64,000 nucleotides of DNA from a virus. The stretch is taken from positions 6,143 to 70,142 of IMG/VR virus record IMGVR_UViG_3300046010_008569; one strand, given 5' to 3'. Made by a program: the position numbers and the translations under genes. A model generated the notes under the pieces. That model was not told where the DNA came from. It did no database searches and was given only the letters and a program-made list of their open reading frames with translations. Below, in pieces: positions 44,745-54,068 of the stretch (its first letter is position 1; every line of letters starts with the position of its first letter).

Positions 44745-46568
44745 CTATAAATCCCGGTCATCGCTGAAGTCGTCGTCGCGATAGCGCGAACGACCGCCAT
44801 TAACAACCTCAAACTCCACGACCTCAGCGCCCCTCATGTTCTTGCTGCCTGTGGCCCAAGCATCCTCATCGGGAGCGTCAAGATCATAGAAGGTTGAGCG
44901 GTCGATGTTGTAGCCTAGCTCTGCTCGGCCAATGCGCCCCAGCCAGCTGTGGCGCGTCTTCCAGTTATGGAAGGTCGAGACATTAACCTCCTTGTCCGGC
45001 CGATGCACGGTCAAGCCGAAGTCAGTCTTGGCATTGAAGGTCCCGCCGCCAGAGATGCTGGCGCCAGTGGGAACTTTATCCTCATCCATTGTCTTCGGGT
45101 GCGCCACAAAGAAGACATGGCATTCATGGTTCTTAGCCCAGTCAGTGCCGAGGGTCAGCATCTCGCTGATCTGAAGGTCCTCGCGGGCGACTTCGGCATT
45201 CTTCTGGATGTAATTGTAGGGGTCGATGACGCAGGACTTGATACCATCTCGCATGACCGCGCCGGTCATGCGCTCCAAGATGGTCTCCATTGTGTCTGGC
45301 CCGCCATCTGAAGTGATGAATGTTGCGTGCTTCTCGACAAGCTCGAACCCTTCTTCGATCTCTCTTTCCGACATGACATTGTTCACGTCAGGATGGAAGC
45401 GTTTTTTCTGGAACTTCTCGATTAATTTTGCGACATGGACGAAGCCGGCATTCTCGCGAGACCAGATACCGAAGTTCCAGCCCTCCCGCATCGCCATGTT
45501 GATGTGGATTTGGTCGACCAGGTCCGACTTGCCATGGCCAGGGTGGCCAGTGATTGTGGTGAAGACGCCGGGAGTGATCCGGAATAGGGGATCAAGGCAC
45601 ATCAGCCCGGTGGAGAAGCCCTGGAGGACATCGCCGCGGCGGAAGCGCATCATGTCTTCACGGAAAGCCGAGGGCTTGGTGAGACCCGGGATTGATTCTG
45701 GTGTGGCGCCAGCAATGATGGTGCGGAGGCGGGCTTCGCCGCCGTCCATGAGGACATCGTTGGCGTCCTTGCAATCCTCCGGCCAGTGGACAGCGTAGGC
45801 TCTCCACAGGCCTACACGGCGCTTAATCTCGGACCCTACAGCCCGGCCGGGACCGTCATTGTCAGTGGCGATGACGATTTTCTTCATCGGCTTCAGCTGC
45901 GCTGAAGCGCGAGACAGACAGGCTAGCTTAGAATCATCCGGATTGGAGCCACCAGTGCTTCCGTGCGGAAGCGATACAACATTCTTCAGGCCTGCCTGGA
46001 GGCAGGACAAGGCGTCCATCTCACCTTCTGTGATGATCATGGATGGCTCGGCCGGATCGATCATGTGGCCGAGAAAGAATGTGCCGGCGTTACCTACCCA
46101 GCTGAAGGCCTTGGTCTCAATCGACCGCAGTTTGTAGCCTGTGATCTCGCCTTTCTCGTTCTGGTAGGGAAAGCCAATGGCATCGGCGCCGCGGACGGTT
46201 CCGCGTCGCAGTCCGGCTAGATCGGCAGTCTCTCGAGAGATGCGGCGGTCTTCAAGCCAGTCATAGCAATCGCGATTCAGGGGATCGAGCGAGATGGACA
46301 ATGCTGGAATCTCTTTCGGTGGAGGGGGAGGAGAGTTAATTGCTTTGGGCTTCGGTGAGAAGCCCTTGAATCCTTCTTTTCTGATGGCCCCTTTTTCATC
46401 GCAGTGCCAGCAATGGTAGGTGATTCTATCCCCGAGATCGCGAACGTTGAGCGTTCGCTCGTGCCTGTTATGGGCTTTTCTTTGAGGAGAGCAGACTAAA
46501 CACTTCAGTCGATTCTCGCCGCTTCGGAGCGGCTCGTTTAGCAAGTACTGGAAATCAGCTTGAGGCAA
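44745..46568 (-). CDS. Primase-helicase (T7 gp4/Twinkle-like)
   Basis: Zn finger CLVC...CWHC; TOPRIM ITEGEMD, DND, KDAND; SF4 helicase GHPGHGKS, IDPYN, VAHP; TTG start. Confidence 0.92.
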   Translation of the reverse strand: MPQADFQYLLNEPLRSGENRLKCLVCSPQRKAHNRHERTLNVRDLGDRITYHCWHCDEKGAIRKEGFKGFSPKPKAINSPPPPPKEIPALSISLDPLNRDCYDWLEDRRISRETADLAGLRRGTVRGADAIGFPYQNEKGEITGYKLRSIETKAFSWVGNAGTFFLGHMIDPAEPSMIITEGEMDALSCLQAGLKNVVSLPHGSTGGSNPDDSKLACLSRASAQLKPMKKIVIATDNDGPGRAVGSEIKRRVGLWRAYAVHWPEDCKDANDVLMDGGEARLRTIIAGATPESIPGLTKPSAFREDMMRFRRGDVLQGFSTGLMCLDPLFRITPGVFTTITGHPGHGKSDLVDQIHINMAMREGWNFGIWSRENAGFVHVAKLIEKFQKKRFHPDVNNVMSEREIEEGFELVEKHATFITSDGGPDTMETILERMTGAVMRDGIKSCVIDPYNYIQKNAEVAREDLQISEMLTLGTDWAKNHECHVFFVAHPKTMDEDKVPTGASISGGGTFNAKTDFGLTVHRPDKEVNVSTFHNWKTRHSWLGRIGRAELGYNIDRSTFYDLDAPDEDAWATGSKNMRGAEVVEFEVVNGGRSRYRDDDFSDDRDL

Positions 46569-46951
46569 GTTTGTGACCCCGGATGTTTTGGACGCAGAGG
46601 CCCCTCCGACAGGAATATGGTCCTATCGGAGTGGCCTATTCGTTTCGTGACCCCTGGAGAGGCTATCGAGACGCTTTCACCAGCGCAGATGGGCAGGCTT
46701 GCCCATCCCAGGTAGGTCGCCCTGTACCTGCTTTGAAGCGCTGAGGCTAGCCCTTGCGGGCTCGGCGGGACATACCGGCTGTGAATACACCGACATGCTC
46801 AGTCTTATGAATTAGCGTTTGCTTTGTCGAAGATGGTTAAGGGACATTAGACCCAACCATCACCGCCAGCCTGGATCGACGCTTCCGGCCCGGCCCTAAC
46901 GGGCTCGTACCTCAAGCTCCCCAATTAGGGGCTGGTATGTTGATGCTGGGG

Positions 46952-46980
46952 TTGACTGATTCCGGTGACGAGGCTATGTT
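46952..46980 (+). promoter_or_regulatory. Sigma70-type promoter
   Basis: TTGACT-17-TATGTT. Confidence 0.6.
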
Positions 46981-47004
46981 GTGCCAGTTCGTCGGCCAAG
47001 AACC

Positions 47005-47050
47005 GAGGGTCGTCGCTGAGCATCAGGCAGCGGCGACCCTCAATCATTTT
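47005..47050 (+). terminator. 14-bp hairpin, terminator-like
   Basis: GAGGGTCGTCGCTG/CAGCGGCGACCCTC then AATCATTTT; G-U pair fits the plus strand. Confidence 0.55.
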
Positions 47051-47094
47051 GGGGCTTGATGATCCCCTTACAACCCGGTACATGAAATTCAGTC

Positions 47095-47166
47095 GCGGCT
47101 AGTACTCAGCGGTAGAGCCATGGATTGTGTCCTTGAGGACGCCGGTTCGAGTCCGGCCGTCTTATC
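47095..47166 (+). pseudogene. Degenerate tRNA-like sequence (His/Thr-like)
   Basis: D arm CTCAGCGGTAGAG, GGATTGTG anticodon region, perfect T arm GCCGG-TTCGAGT-CCGGC; acceptor stem does not pair; no CCA. Confidence 0.55.
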
Positions 47167-47234
47167 GAGAAACAACGGGTCATAAATGGCTCATTAAGCC
47201 ACTTAACGGGTCAAATAGGTCTATTTATGGAACG

Positions 47235-47657
47235 TTAAAAAAGTGCGCGGGATTTCTTTCTTGTCGGTGGATCAAGATCAGCATTCTCCACCAGCTTAAT
47301 CTCGCACCGCGGATTATCCGGGTCTAGCCGCCAGTAGATGTGCTTCTCGCGCACCTGGCGGTCATTGAGGATGACCCCTTTGGTATCCCCATATTTCTTC
47401 TCATCGACCTGAAGCAGGTCGAGGATCAAGCTCTCGTCCAGGTCTGGCCGGCGAGAGGCGTACCAGATGATAATCTCCGCTACACAGGGTAGCTCGAGCG
47501 GCTTCTCCACAATGGGTAGCTGCTGCCTGAACACTTTCGAGTAGGAAAGCGCCTTAGCTGACTTGATTAATCGAGACGAGCCAGCTATCCGGACAGCCCT
47601 TCGGCTATTGGCCTTGCTTGCTGGTTCCCCGTAGATTGTGAAAGATACCTCACCCAT
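47235..47657 (-). CDS. rusA: RusA-like Holliday junction resolvase
   Basis: GEPASKAN, RRPDLD...LD.L, ND.QV, D..NPR.EI. Confidence 0.8.
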   Translation of the reverse strand: MGEVSFTIYGEPASKANSRRAVRIAGSSRLIKSAKALSYSKVFRQQLPIVEKPLELPCVAEIIIWYASRRPDLDESLILDLLQVDEKKYGDTKGVILNDRQVREKHIYWRLDPDNPRCEIKLVENADLDPPTRKKSRALF

Positions 47658-47874
47658 GCGGAATAAGTTTAAGCGCGGTGAGGAGCATTACAAGGCGCGG
47701 TTCACGGTCGAGCAGGTACTGGAGATGCGGCGCCGCAGAAAAGCCGGGGAGCGATTGAAGTCCATAGCCTATGACTTCGACACCTCTCCGCAGACAATCC
47801 AGGATATCGCGACTGGGAAGTCCTGGAAGCATGTTGGTGAGATTGTAGGGTTGAGCTATGCATACAGGGATTAA
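47656..47874 (+). CDS. HTH protein resembling the C-terminal domain of HNH endonucleases
   Basis: RGE.H..A.FT..QV..MR...IA..F..S..TI..I..GKSWKHV. Confidence 0.65.
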   Translation: MRNKFKRGEEHYKARFTVEQVLEMRRRRKAGERLKSIAYDFDTSPQTIQDIATGKSWKHVGEIVGLSYAYRD

Positions 47875-47877
47875 GCA

Positions 47878-48381
47878 ATGAGTGAAGATGATATCTTGGA
47901 ATCGAACTTCCATGCCTACTGGCCTGGCATTCATGCCTCTCTGGAGCGCGAGGTTCAGCAACTAACCACCCTCATCAACAATCAGTTCGATCAGGTCCGC
48001 TATGCCGGCATTTCTGATCTTGAGCTCAGCGATGAGACCCCGTTCTCAATCGATCTCCGCGGCGTCCAGGATCGCATCCCCTACACGATCACTCTGAACC
48101 CAGGGAAGCAGTGGAACGCGATCAACGATCAGTTCTGGAACGAATCGCAGCGTCTTGTGGCTGGCATGACCAGCATTGCAGGCCGCTACCGGCTCCTGGC
48201 CGGAGCGGTTAGGCTTGACTGGGTTCGGCCGATTAAGACAACGCTTGTCCTCCCGCCGACAACCGAGGAACTGATCAAGTTCTCAGGTCTCTCTGCCGGC
48301 TTCTACACTGGCGACATCATTGAGCATCCAGTTGCTTGGATCGGTGGTAGAGTGATCGTTGGGAAGGTACTGGTGTCCTGA
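47878..48381 (+). CDS. Hypothetical protein
   Basis: Fits the operon. Confidence 0.6.
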   Translation: MSEDDILESNFHAYWPGIHASLEREVQQLTTLINNQFDQVRYAGISDLELSDETPFSIDLRGVQDRIPYTITLNPGKQWNAINDQFWNESQRLVAGMTSIAGRYRLLAGAVRLDWVRPIKTTLVLPPTTEELIKFSGLSAGFYTGDIIEHPVAWIGGRVIVGKVLVS

Positions 48382-48569
48382 TGTACTTCTACCCAAAGCA
48401 TCCGACCTACAGCGAAACCTTCCTTGTTGACCGCGCGCAATACGCTCTGGCGTATGCGATCTTCTGCTCGCATGGTGACAGCGGGGCTGAGTGGGGTAAT
48501 GATGTGAGGATCATGTACGGCGATGTCGTTCACACATTCCGGTTAAGTGAAGAGGGAGAAGGTAGTTGA
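48381..48569 (+). CDS. Hypothetical protein
   Basis: Coupled ORF. Confidence 0.5.
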   Translation: MYFYPKHPTYSETFLVDRAQYALAYAIFCSHGDSGAEWGNDVRIMYGDVVHTFRLSEEGEGS

Positions 48570-49090
48570 GCGCCGGGACGTTAACTGACCCGTCGCGCGG
48601 CTTTGGCGATAAGGCTTGGCATTGGAGATATGTGCCACCAGAGGATAGATTCTGGGCGTGTCTTGAATATGAGCAGAACTCAGGGTGTTGGTTATGGAAT
48701 GCTTCGCTGAGAAAAGGAGGGTACGGGCAATTCTACGTCGAAGGTAAAGCGACTCTGGCCCACCGCTTCTCCTGGATTATTCATAACGGCCCTATACCAA
48801 GTGGGATGATTCTACGGCATAAGTGCGATACGCCAGCGTGCAGTAATCCAAACCATCTAGAGCTTGGAACGCATCAAGATAACGCCGATGATATGGTTGT
48901 AAGAGGAAGATCGCTGCACCTCCCGGGCGAGCTTGGTCCTAATGCAAAATTAACTGCACGAGATGTAGCTGCCATACGCAGCATGATTGCTGCTAAGATT
49001 CCGCAAAAGAGAATAGCCGAGAAGTTTGGGGTCAAGCAATCGACCATATCTCACATAAACACTGGCAAGACATGGTATGAAACTAACTAA
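48566..49090 (+). CDS. HNH homing endonuclease
   Basis: CWLW...GYG...AHR.SW...H.CD.P.C.NP.HL..GT..DN plus C-terminal HTH. Confidence 0.9.
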   Translation: MSAGTLTDPSRGFGDKAWHWRYVPPEDRFWACLEYEQNSGCWLWNASLRKGGYGQFYVEGKATLAHRFSWIIHNGPIPSGMILRHKCDTPACSNPNHLELGTHQDNADDMVVRGRSLHLPGELGPNAKLTARDVAAIRSMIAAKIPQKRIAEKFGVKQSTISHINTGKTWYETN

Positions 49091-50030
49091 TAAGTTCAAT
49101 CTCCCAAATCCTATCGTAAGGGCGATAGCAAGAGACCCCTATGATAGGGGTCCTGCTCAATTTTCTGTCTCGAACTTAATCGATGCCCCCCGTGTGCAAG
49201 TGCTTCAATGGAAGCATGACAACGAGATCATCGAGGACGTGGCCGATAAGGTGTTCAGCCTGCTAGGCAGGGCTGTCCACCAAATCCTTGAATGGGGCGC
49301 TACAGGAGATCAGGAGACACCAGAAGAACGACTCTTCATGGAGGTCGAGATCAACGGCGCTAAGGTCATGATCTCTGGCGCCATGGACTTGCAAGACGAT
49401 GACGGCGACGGTGTCGTTGACATCAGTGACTACAAGGTGACATCGGTCTACGGCTTCCTGGCCGATAAGGCTGCTTGGCACAATCAGCTTAACTGCTACG
49501 CACATCTTGTGCGCTATGCACAGTATCGAGGTATCTATGAACGAGGTAACTGGTCTCTTATACCACGCGACGGTCGCGACGTTAGCAGCCTTTCTATTGT
49601 TGCTATTCTTCGAGATTGGTCCTCGGGCAAGGCGAACTCGCCCGATTACCCTCCGGCGCCGATTCAAACTCTGGAGATACCTCTGTGGTCAGCCGAAGCA
49701 GCTGCTGAATATTTTGACCAGCGCGTTCGGCTTCACATTAAGTCAAGATCGCTGGACTTTGCTGGTCGAGAGCTTCCTCTCTGCTCTAAGGAAGAGCGCT
49801 GGGAAGATGATCCCAAGTTCGCGGTAATGAAGGAAGGCAATAAGCGAGCCACAGCGGTCTTTGAAGACCGCGATAATGCGCTTGAATTTATCCGGCAAAG
49901 CAGCGAGAAGAATCGAGCAAAGCTGTCAGTGCAAGAGCGAGAAGGCGATCCTCGCAGGTGTGCTGGAGATTGGTGCCGCGTGTCGCGGTGGTGTAGTCAG
50001 AATCAAAAGCGCTTGGAGGCGATGGAATGA
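49077..50030 (+). CDS. PD-(D/E)xK exonuclease (RecB/Cas4-like)
   Basis: GRAVH..LE, SGAMD, DYK, QLNCY, C-terminal C...WC.....C. Confidence 0.8.
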   Translation: MKLTNKFNLPNPIVRAIARDPYDRGPAQFSVSNLIDAPRVQVLQWKHDNEIIEDVADKVFSLLGRAVHQILEWGATGDQETPEERLFMEVEINGAKVMISGAMDLQDDDGDGVVDISDYKVTSVYGFLADKAAWHNQLNCYAHLVRYAQYRGIYERGNWSLIPRDGRDVSSLSIVAILRDWSSGKANSPDYPPAPIQTLEIPLWSAEAAAEYFDQRVRLHIKSRSLDFAGRELPLCSKEERWEDDPKFAVMKEGNKRATAVFEDRDNALEFIRQSSEKNRAKLSVQEREGDPRRCAGDWCRVSRWCSQNQKRLEAME

Positions 50031-50206
50031 CAACGAAAGTTAAGTTGTTGAACGAAGGTCCGGAGACGGTCAAGATCGAAGTGCAAGGTCGCGACCAGGG
50101 TCGCTTCATCCAGGTCGATGAGAAGACCCTCGAGCCAGGCAAGTTTGCCGATGTCTACGTGACCAAGGGTCAGAGCGTTCAAATCCTCGAGGTCGAAGCT
50201 GAATGA
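50027..50206 (+). CDS. 59-aa hypothetical protein
   Basis: ATGA overlaps on both sides; not in the track. Confidence 0.6.
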   Translation: MTTKVKLLNEGPETVKIEVQGRDQGRFIQVDEKTLEPGKFADVYVTKGQSVQILEVEAE

Positions 50207-51054
50207 TCCCTCAGTCAATCCAAAAGAAAATGGTGGCCGCGGCATTAGCCGCTCCATCCCTCAAGAAAGAAGAACGCAACGAACGGGCGGAGTTCAATTT
50301 CGTTGGCATCGACAAGTTCTACAGCGATGTAGCCATCGTCATGCATGAGCTTGGGTTAGGCTGGGCCACGGTTGAAGAGGGGATCGAACTGATCCCGCTT
50401 TCGGATCAGGTTATCGTCCTACAGAAGTTCCGCTTCGATGTCTTCGACAGCGAGAGCGGTGATGTGGCCGAAGGGTATTCTCATCTGACTATACCGGCGC
50501 CGTTCGCTGACGCGCAGACGGCCGGCATCAGCTTGAGCTATGCGGATAAGGCATTCCTCCGCTCGGCCCTGAAGATCGTGACTGGTGAGAAGGATGCTGA
50601 TCATTTTGCTAAGAAGCGGGACAAGCCTGCTGCAAAGCCTTCGCCAGAGAAGGCAGCGGCTGATCTTGATCCAGGCCCTCCGGAGAAGGCAGAAAAGCCT
50701 AAGGCGGAAAAGAAGAATGCTGAAAAGCCTAAGGCAAAGGGTGAAGACAAACCCGATGCAGTAGAGGAGAAGAAGCCGGAGAAGGCTGTCAGTGAGCAGT
50801 CCGAGATCGAGGCGATCTCTGATCGCCTAACTGAGCTTCTGACTGACATCGGCAGAGAGAAGGCCGGCGCTGCTGGTATCGACGCTCTGGACAAGTTCCG
50901 GAACGATGAAGCGTCTGACATCAGTAAGCTCAAAGCAGCTTCCTCTAAGGAAGATGCGGACGAAGATGTGAAGCTTTGGGCGTCTAAGGTGACGGACAAG
51001 TTCCGTAAACTCTACGACAAGTTCGAGGCTCAAGTTGAAGAGGAGGGTGATTAA
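50203..51054 (+). CDS. ERF-like ssDNA annealing protein
   Basis: K...N....F.F, AQTAG.SLSYA.K..L..AL.I.TGE.DAD; next to the exonuclease. Confidence 0.7.
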   Translation: MIPQSIQKKMVAAALAAPSLKKEERNERAEFNFVGIDKFYSDVAIVMHELGLGWATVEEGIELIPLSDQVIVLQKFRFDVFDSESGDVAEGYSHLTIPAPFADAQTAGISLSYADKAFLRSALKIVTGEKDADHFAKKRDKPAAKPSPEKAAADLDPGPPEKAEKPKAEKKNAEKPKAKGEDKPDAVEEKKPEKAVSEQSEIEAISDRLTELLTDIGREKAGAAGIDALDKFRNDEASDISKLKAASSKEDADEDVKLWASKVTDKFRKLYDKFEAQVEEEGD

Positions 51055-51057
51055 CCC

Positions 51058-51534
51058 ATGGGAAAGTTTGATGACTCGGGCATCTTCAGCCCGAACAAAT
51101 ACAAGAAGAAGGATAGCCATCCTTCGCATACTGGTGTGATCAACATCAGCTATGACACGCTGAAGGCTCTGAACCTTCAAATGAAAGACACTGGCGAGGC
51201 AAAGCTCGAGGTTGCCGGCTGGCGCAAGCGCGATAAGCCGGATATGATCTCACTGAAGATCAGCCTGCCGAAGGAGCGCGAAGACAGCGGCGGCAGAAGC
51301 CGTGATCGGGATGATGACCGCGGTGAGCGTAGCCGTGGTAGCGTGCGTCGCGATGACGATGATCGGGGTGAGCGTCGCTCTGCGCGCCGGGACGATGACG
51401 ATTACGACCGCGGCGAGCGGCGATCTTCGCGCCGGGACGATGACGACGAAATCCCTTTTGATGATCGTCGCTCCTCGCGACGTGAAACCAGAGGGCGGGA
51501 CCGTGATGATGAAGGCGATGAGCGTGATCTCTGA
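51058..51534 (+). CDS. Putative ssDNA-binding protein with R/D-rich tail
   Basis: SG.F.PN..KK....P..TG.I...VAGW, DDEIPF. Confidence 0.6.
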   Translation: MGKFDDSGIFSPNKYKKKDSHPSHTGVINISYDTLKALNLQMKDTGEAKLEVAGWRKRDKPDMISLKISLPKEREDSGGRSRDRDDDRGERSRGSVRRDDDDRGERRSARRDDDDYDRGERRSSRRDDDDEIPFDDRRSSRRETRGRDRDDEGDERDL

Positions 51535-51779
51535 TGCCAACGCCCAGGCGCTTATGTGACGACCGCAACTGTCTGTCCTCCTCCGAGTGCTTATGGCACC
51601 CGGAGGCTGGGGCTCACAGCTGGAAGCCTTGTCATGAAGCGCTAATCACTGACAGACGGGCTGGGGATAAGTCTTGCTCTAAATTTATTAGAGCTTCCGA
51701 GAATCGGCATCTGTGGTACAACGGCTCTGCAATGCCGCCAAACATGGATGAATGGTTTGAAGAAGACTACTACTCTTGA
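51534..51779 (+). CDS. Cys-rich hypothetical protein
   Basis: Coupled ORF. Confidence 0.5.
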   Translation: MPTPRRLCDDRNCLSSSECLWHPEAGAHSWKPCHEALITDRRAGDKSCSKFIRASENRHLWYNGSAMPPNMDEWFEEDYYS

Positions 51780-51933
51780 TCTCGTCCAGCTGATTGTCGT
51801 GATGGCTGGGTTTATCGTCGCCGGTTTCTTTGGTTTCTTTGTCGGGCCGAAGATAATCGATCATTTGATGTTAACCATAGGCATGATGTTCGTGATGTTC
51901 TGCCTAGGTCTAGTCTTTGGAATGGATGAATGA
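51748..51933 (+). CDS. Small membrane protein
   Basis: Two TM helices. Confidence 0.55.
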   Translation: MNGLKKTTTLDLVQLIVVMAGFIVAGFFGFFVGPKIIDHLMLTIGMMFVMFCLGLVFGMDE

Positions 51934-52307
51934 ATAACATTACAGTCGGCCCGTCTTATGTCATCAACTCGCTTTGCAAAGAGGTGCATAAAGCCAACCA
52001 ACAATGGTGGCACGATCTTGAAACTGGAGAGAAACTCGACCGAAATGTGGGCGAGATGCTTTGTCTGGTTCACTCGGAGATTTCCGAAGCCCTTGAGGGC
52101 TATCGGAAGAACCAGATGGACAGTCACCTCCCGCATCGCAAAGCGATTGAGGTGGAGCTTGCTGACGCGCTAATCCGTATCTTCGACCTCGGCGCTGGCC
52201 TCGGTCTCGATCTCGGCGGCGCCTATGAAGAGAAGATGGCGTACAACGCAGTGCGCGCGGACCACAAGCGAGAAGCTCGCTTGGCTGATGGCGGGAAGAA
52301 GTTCTAA
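51930..52307 (+). CDS. MazG-like NTP pyrophosphohydrolase
   Basis: HSEISEALEG.RK...EVELAD..IRI.D...KM.YN..R. Confidence 0.8.
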   Translation: MNNITVGPSYVINSLCKEVHKANQQWWHDLETGEKLDRNVGEMLCLVHSEISEALEGYRKNQMDSHLPHRKAIEVELADALIRIFDLGAGLGLDLGGAYEEKMAYNAVRADHKREARLADGGKKF

Positions 52308-52630
52308 TGACATCTGGGGGCGATGAGATTCGCGATACCGTCGAACAGCGTGCTAACATCTACGGAGACTTTACTCACGAATCTATTATCGCTATGGGCC
52401 TGAAGAACGTGCTTCGGTACGAATGGTCAGATGACCTGACGGAACTGAAGATACGGGATGGCTGGGCTCGTCTCGAGCCCTACCAGCAGCATGGCCTGGA
52501 GTTAATTTGCCTGAAGCTCGCGCGGACAGTAAATGGCGATGGCGGCTATCTCGATTCATATCGAGATATCGCCGGCTACTGCACGCTGATCATGGATCGC
52601 TTGGTCAAAGAAGGAAATGGACATGGGTAA
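52307..52630 (+). CDS. Conserved phage protein (DUF6378-like)
   Basis: R...YGDF...KLAR...DSY.DIAGY. Confidence 0.7.
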   Translation: MTSGGDEIRDTVEQRANIYGDFTHESIIAMGLKNVLRYEWSDDLTELKIRDGWARLEPYQQHGLELICLKLARTVNGDGGYLDSYRDIAGYCTLIMDRLVKEGNGHG

Positions 52631-52871
52631 AATTGCTTTTGTCGCTGCGGCGCTGTTGACGCTGGCTGCGTGTACGCAGCCTGATGATGCCCGCCGCACG
52701 CTTGAAGCGGCCGGTTATTCCGACATCGAGATCACCGGCTACAAGGCGTTCGGCTGTTCTGAGGATGACTATTTCCACACTGGCTTCCGAGCCACTGGAG
52801 TCAATGGTCAGCCAGTCGAGGGTGTCGTATGTGGTGGTTGGCTTAAGGGCAGCACGATCCGCACGCAATGA
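52617..52871 (+). CDS. Lipoprotein
   Basis: Lipobox LAAC; GY..FGC..DD...TGF...G.VC.G. Confidence 0.75.
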   Translation: MDMGKIAFVAAALLTLAACTQPDDARRTLEAAGYSDIEITGYKAFGCSEDDYFHTGFRATGVNGQPVEGVVCGGWLKGSTIRTQ

Positions 52872-53284
52872 CAAAGCCTTTCCATTTTGAAGCCAAGGTC
52901 GAGTCCGTATCCAAGAACAGCAAGGGCATCTTCTTGCGCTTGCTGATCTCGGAGGCTCCGCCTGAGCTCATGACTATGGCGGTCAGCCAGAGGCTGATGG
53001 TGGCTGCTTCGCCGCTGGGTGACTTCGATGAAGATGTTGGCGAGGGCGACCGGGCAGTGCAGCTGGCCGGCATCCTTTGCCGGTCCAAAGACTTCTGGAG
53101 GTTCATTGAAACAAGATCGCGCACTGAGATTTCTATCTCTTCAGAGGATGAAGCCGCGGATTGGCTCCGCGGCAAGTTGGGAATTGACTCCCGGGCTGAC
53201 CTCCGCCAGGATGCCGCTGCCCGAGAGCAGCTGAGGTTATACAATGAGCGCTTCCAAGAATGGTCAGACAAAGCATCTCTATGA
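52868..53284 (+). CDS. Hypothetical protein
   Basis: AG.LC....FW...AA.WLR..LGI.SRA.L motif. Confidence 0.65.
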   Translation: MTKPFHFEAKVESVSKNSKGIFLRLLISEAPPELMTMAVSQRLMVAASPLGDFDEDVGEGDRAVQLAGILCRSKDFWRFIETRSRTEISISSEDEAADWLRGKLGIDSRADLRQDAAAREQLRLYNERFQEWSDKASL

Positions 53285-54068
53285 TGCTTGGCTAGCCTTC
53301 CAAGAACAGCGGTTGCCATACCTTGCGCCAAAGACGCAAGCCAATTACACCCAGGCCGCCCGCCTAATACCCCAGAGCCGCAAGGCGATGCGGGATTACC
53401 AACCAGCTGACATCACCAAGCTCATCAAGCATCTCAAGCCAGGCGCCTACATGGTAGCCAGAGGCTTCTTCTCCAGCCTGTTTGCCTTCGGCATCAAGCA
53501 GGGCTGGGCGAGCGCCAACCCTATCCAGGGTGTCGAGACGAGGAAGTTGGGAAAGATCGTCCGGTGGCCTCGTGAGCGCGTTTATGAAGACATATCGAAA
53601 ATCGATAACCCTGAAGCTCGTCTCGTTCTCGAGACGATGTATGCTTCTGGCCAACGTATCTCCGATGTCATTAGGGCTAGGCCTAAGGACCTTCGCGATG
53701 GAACGCTCAGGCTCTTCCAGAAGAAGACAGGTAACTATGTTGCCGCGGCGCTGGGGCCGGAGATTACGGATCGTTTAGTTGCCCTGGAACAGAATCCTGA
53801 TAAACCCTTTTTTAAGATCAAAGCAAGCACGGTCTGGAGGCTCGTCAGGCAGATGAGAGGCGACACTAAATACAGCCCACATTCGCTTAGGAAGGCAGCC
53901 TCTTGCGAGGCTGCTGAGGGCGGCGCCAGTGAGGCCGAGCTTCAGGCCTTGCTTGGACACCGGACGCCGCGAGCGGCATCCATCTATAGGCTGGAAGCAA
54001 ACGCCGGCATCCTAGCGGCCTCTGCTTCTGCGAAGCGAGCCATGTCAGTCCAAGGAGGCGTTGAATGA
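53244..54068 (+). CDS. Tyrosine recombinase/integrase
   Basis: SGQRISD (R), QKKT (K), HSLR, LLGH, C-terminal Y; core-binding domain ending ANPI. Confidence 0.85.
   Translation: MSASKNGQTKHLYDAWLAFQEQRLPYLAPKTQANYTQAARLIPQSRKAMRDYQPADITKLIKHLKPGAYMVARGFFSSLFAFGIKQGWASANPIQGVETRKLGKIVRWPRERVYEDISKIDNPEARLVLETMYASGQRISDVIRARPKDLRDGTLRLFQKKTGNYVAAALGPEITDRLVALEQNPDKPFFKIKASTVWRLVRQMRGDTKYSPHSLRKAASCEAAEGGASEAELQALLGHRTPRAASIYRLEANAGILAASASAKRAMSVQGGVE

Noticed and set aside
47095-47166. Functional tRNA gene
   Set aside because: The acceptor stem is unpaired and the anticodon arm is irregular.
47170-47230. ACGGGTCA direct repeat in an AT-rich patch as iterons
   Set aside because: Only two short copies, which is insufficient support.
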